This document shows positions 61,143-64,000 of a DNA stretch of 64,000 nucleotides, piece after piece. Position 1 is the first letter of the stretch. Each line of letters begins with the position of its first letter. Source of the stretch: Podarcis filfolensis (taxonomy: Eukaryota); the NCBI GenBank assembly GCA_964270895.1, contig OZ185453.1; one strand, 5' to 3'. Position numbers and translations under genes: made by a program. The notes beneath the pieces were generated by a model. The model had not been told where the DNA came from and made no database searches. It saw only the letters and a list, made by a program, of their open reading frames with translations.

Positions 61143-61218
61143 ATTTGAATCCATATGAAAATTTGTATCTAAAAACGTATTTGAATCCATATGAAAATTT
61201 GTATCTAAAAACGTATTT
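61143..61218. repeat. Perfect 36-bp tandem duplication
   Basis: ATTTGAATCCATATGAAAATTTGTATCTAAAAACGT twice, plus ATTT. Confidence 0.95.
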
Positions 61219-62042
61219 TAACTCTGTATATACATTTCTAAACGTTTAAACTAGGAATTTTGTTACTTTTTTGAGACAATCCCTGTGTCTCATTAATTCA
61301 GATAAATGCAAAATCTAAGGATAACTAAATTCTAATTCACAGGGGGTCTGGATCGGGTCACTTTGCATCAGAATTCACAGAAATAAAATTCCTCAGGATT
61401 CCTCTGTAATGGAATTCCTCTGTAATGAGACCTCTTTTCTCCACGTTTCCAGAAATTAGTCACCTTAGCATTGCAGGCTGTCTGTAAAATTAAGGACTTT
61501 TCAAGCATCTTGCAGTGCTGCCTGTGGGAGCTATTGTATGACAAAGAGGCAAAAATGTAGAGCTTGAATGGATTGTGACTTTGTGAAATGAATGTCCTAA
61601 TCATGAACAAACATCAGGTTTCCCTTGTGAGGGTGACCCTGAGGTAATTGTGGCATCAGTTGGACCCAAAGATTATGTTGAGTTGCGTTGTTCATTCTTT
61701 GAGAGCGGAGCTCTCAAATGCGGCGTTCTTGCTTTTCATTTGGCCTGTGTAACACTTTGGACTCTCTCCAGGGCTGGATCCTTGGATGGTACAATCTTGG
61801 CAGAGTTCCTTTGAAGTCACTGGATCTGCATCCCACATTCAGAGCCGTTGATCCCCAGTGGAGTAAGGTCCATTAAAAACAGCTGTAGGGATCATGTTTA
61901 TTAGAAATAATTGCTGTGTTACTAACTTTGATGCTGAGAATTAACTGAAGTAATATGACTTTCCCCTGCACTGTGCAGTGGACCTTAAATGCTCATAAGG
62001 AAGGCGAAATATGTTCCTGTGTCCAAATCTTCTTCCTCTTAG

Positions 62043-62178
62043 CAGGGCTTTTTTTCAGCCAGAACTCACCGGAATTCAGTTCTGGCACCTCTTATGTGGG
62101 CGCTGTTGCCATAATAAGAGAACAAGGGAGGAGTTCATGGTGAGTTCCGGCACCTCTTTTTCTAGAAAAATAGCGCAG
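62043..62178. mobile_element. hAT-type MITE
   Basis: CAGGGCTTTTTTT ... AAAAATAGCGCAG ends, internal AGTTC(T/C)GGCACCTCTT repeated, TSD CCTCTTAG/CCTCTAAG (7/8). Confidence 0.75.
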
Positions 62179-62858
62179 CCTCTAAGATAAAGAAAGGTTC
62201 CTTTCTAATATGAGTTGAAGTGGGAACAAATCTAATACTTTTAACTTCCTGTACTAGGCTCCAATTCAAGATTCTCCTCTAAGCATGTTTCTTGAAGTCT
62301 TCATAAGGATCTAAACCATACAATCAAAGGCATGGATTTTAGTATGCTGCCTTCATTGTTTTGTGGGGGGTGGGGTGGAGGGGGGGCATTTAAAGCCAGC
62401 CTACTGACCAATATTTCCTGCATTTCTCTTCCAAATATTTCATCCCATCCTAAGGCAGCAATGCGGGATATGACTCTGGCTAGCCGTTCCCAAGGATGGC
62501 TACTGGTCAACTTAGCCAACCAGTTAGAGGGTTTTTTTTGTCCAAATATACTTAACAGTACTTGAAAAGACTTGAAAGCCTTTTCAGGGGCAGCTTTTAA
62601 ACTTTTTCTGATGTCGTTTAGAATTCCACCTTTCCTTGGATTCATACGCAAACAAGCAAGCGAGCCCTTAGGTCCCTGGGGGGAAGTCACAGACAAACAT
62701 TACGACAGGGACTTGAATTCTTGTGGAGGGGAATAGGGGTATCCCGGTCCACAGATTAAACGTGTGTACGCTAGAGCCTGTGAGGAAGGCACAGGGTCAC
62801 TCAGTGGCCAGTTGGCACAAAGCACCAACATTTCCCCCTATCACGCAACTGTAACCTA

Positions 62859-62948
62859 GGCTGCAAATCCTCAGTATACTTACTTGGGTGTAAGCCCACT
62901 GAAATAATGGTGTTTCTTTCCAAGTAAATGTTATTAGGATCAAGCTGC
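62859..62948. mobile_element. Old palindromic MITE (Harbinger-like), related copy at about 57020-57117
   Basis: GGCTGCAAATCC...ACTTACTTGGGTGTAAGCCCACTGAA...AAGTAAATG...TAGGATC. Confidence 0.45.
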
Positions 62949-64000
62949 AAGATGAATCATAAGCTAACTACAATTTTTTTTTTAATCTTGTTAGCATAAT
63001 TTTACTACCGAAGTTGAATCATTATAGTAGCTAACTTACCTGACATGTATTTTGCTAAATATGCATGTTCTTCTATTTTTAATTTTAATCCTTCCAATTA
63101 CCCCCACACCAATCTATTTTGTAAGTCCATTTTTATTGTTTAAAAGAAATCTAACACACACCTGTTTAGAGATCTTTCAGTCTTTAATTGCTATTTACCG
63201 CTCATTGCAAAAAGTCAGATAGCGTCGCTCATTTTCTAGGTTTTTTTTTTTTAAGATTAGAATTTTTTTCTGACTCCGTTTTGAAAGACCAACCCCCGCT
63301 TCCCGCGTACACTTTATCTGTCTATAATATTACCCTCGCAGACGGGATGTACACTTTTTCTGACTTATAACCATTGCTCTTGTATTTTGGTAGATGCTTT
63401 GTTGATAGTAACTAAATGCCTAGTAAGATTTTAAAAGTAAAAACTTCAATCTCAGTTGTTACTTTAAGCCAATCTTTCCCCTCACACACCCTCTTTGAAT
63501 AACCTTGGAAGTTGCATTTTTACCATATATATCTCCCCATGACCACCTTTTAAAATGTTTAGCCTGAGATTTTAGCTTTAAAGGGAAAAAAAGCATACAA
63601 ACCAATTTTTGATGAACAGAGTAAATCTGATTTTTTCTTTTCTTGTTAGTGATCCCCTGTCAATTGCAAGTTCATGCTTTATTTATGTGGGATAAATTCA
63701 TTATTCCCTTCTTTTTTAAAATGGATTTTCTTTTTATGCTATATTAACACCTGTTCTTAGTGGATGGATAAATGTTATCTTTACTACCCCAACCTTGATA
63801 AACAAATCCCCATCTCCCCAATCCTTGCACCCCACACCAAGCTCCATAGGTTGTTGGGTTTTTTAATCAGTGTAAGTTTGGACAGGTTGCTCTAAATCAG
63901 GGGAAACTCGCAGTAGGTTTGCAAATCAGAAAGCTTGGGTGTCTTTTGGGAATGTTTTTTGCTGGTGGAATCCTGGCGCGTTGTTCATCTGTTGATGATG

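Noticed and set aside
1-64000. Most short ORFs in the six-frame track
   Set aside because: No recognisable homology. They are intron, UTR or repeat read-throughs or antisense shadows of real exons, as expected in eukaryotic DNA.

Overview
Vertebrate (squamate) genomic DNA, most likely a lacertid lizard. This is inferred from Sauria SINEs, a Bov-B LINE fragment and squamate MITEs. Two + strand genes can be reconstructed by hand. (1) The 3' part of WNK3: seven coding exons from 3201 to the stop at 16295, then a probable ~7 kb 3'UTR. (2) The complete 16-exon FAM120C CDS (28157-53380, 3312 nt, 1103 aa), with every GT-AG phase consistent, starting in a CpG island. The WNK3>FAM120C order matches mammals. 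There are no prokaryotic features, and most six-frame ORFs are spurious. The best leads concern RNA processing: a 102-nt in-frame WNK3 cassette-exon candidate behind a YCAY cluster (12742-12843); an alternative donor adding 46 aa next to a UGCAUG motif (4851 vs 4989); tandem AATAAA pairs in the next short intron; and a poly(G)-rich FAM120C 3'UTR. Also notable are a young solo LTR with perfect TSD just upstream of a FAM120C promoter carrying five ZNF143-type motifs, a MITE family carrying the same motif, and nested SINE-in-SINE and MITE-in-MITE insertions. No wholly new multi-gene system is supported by the sequence.
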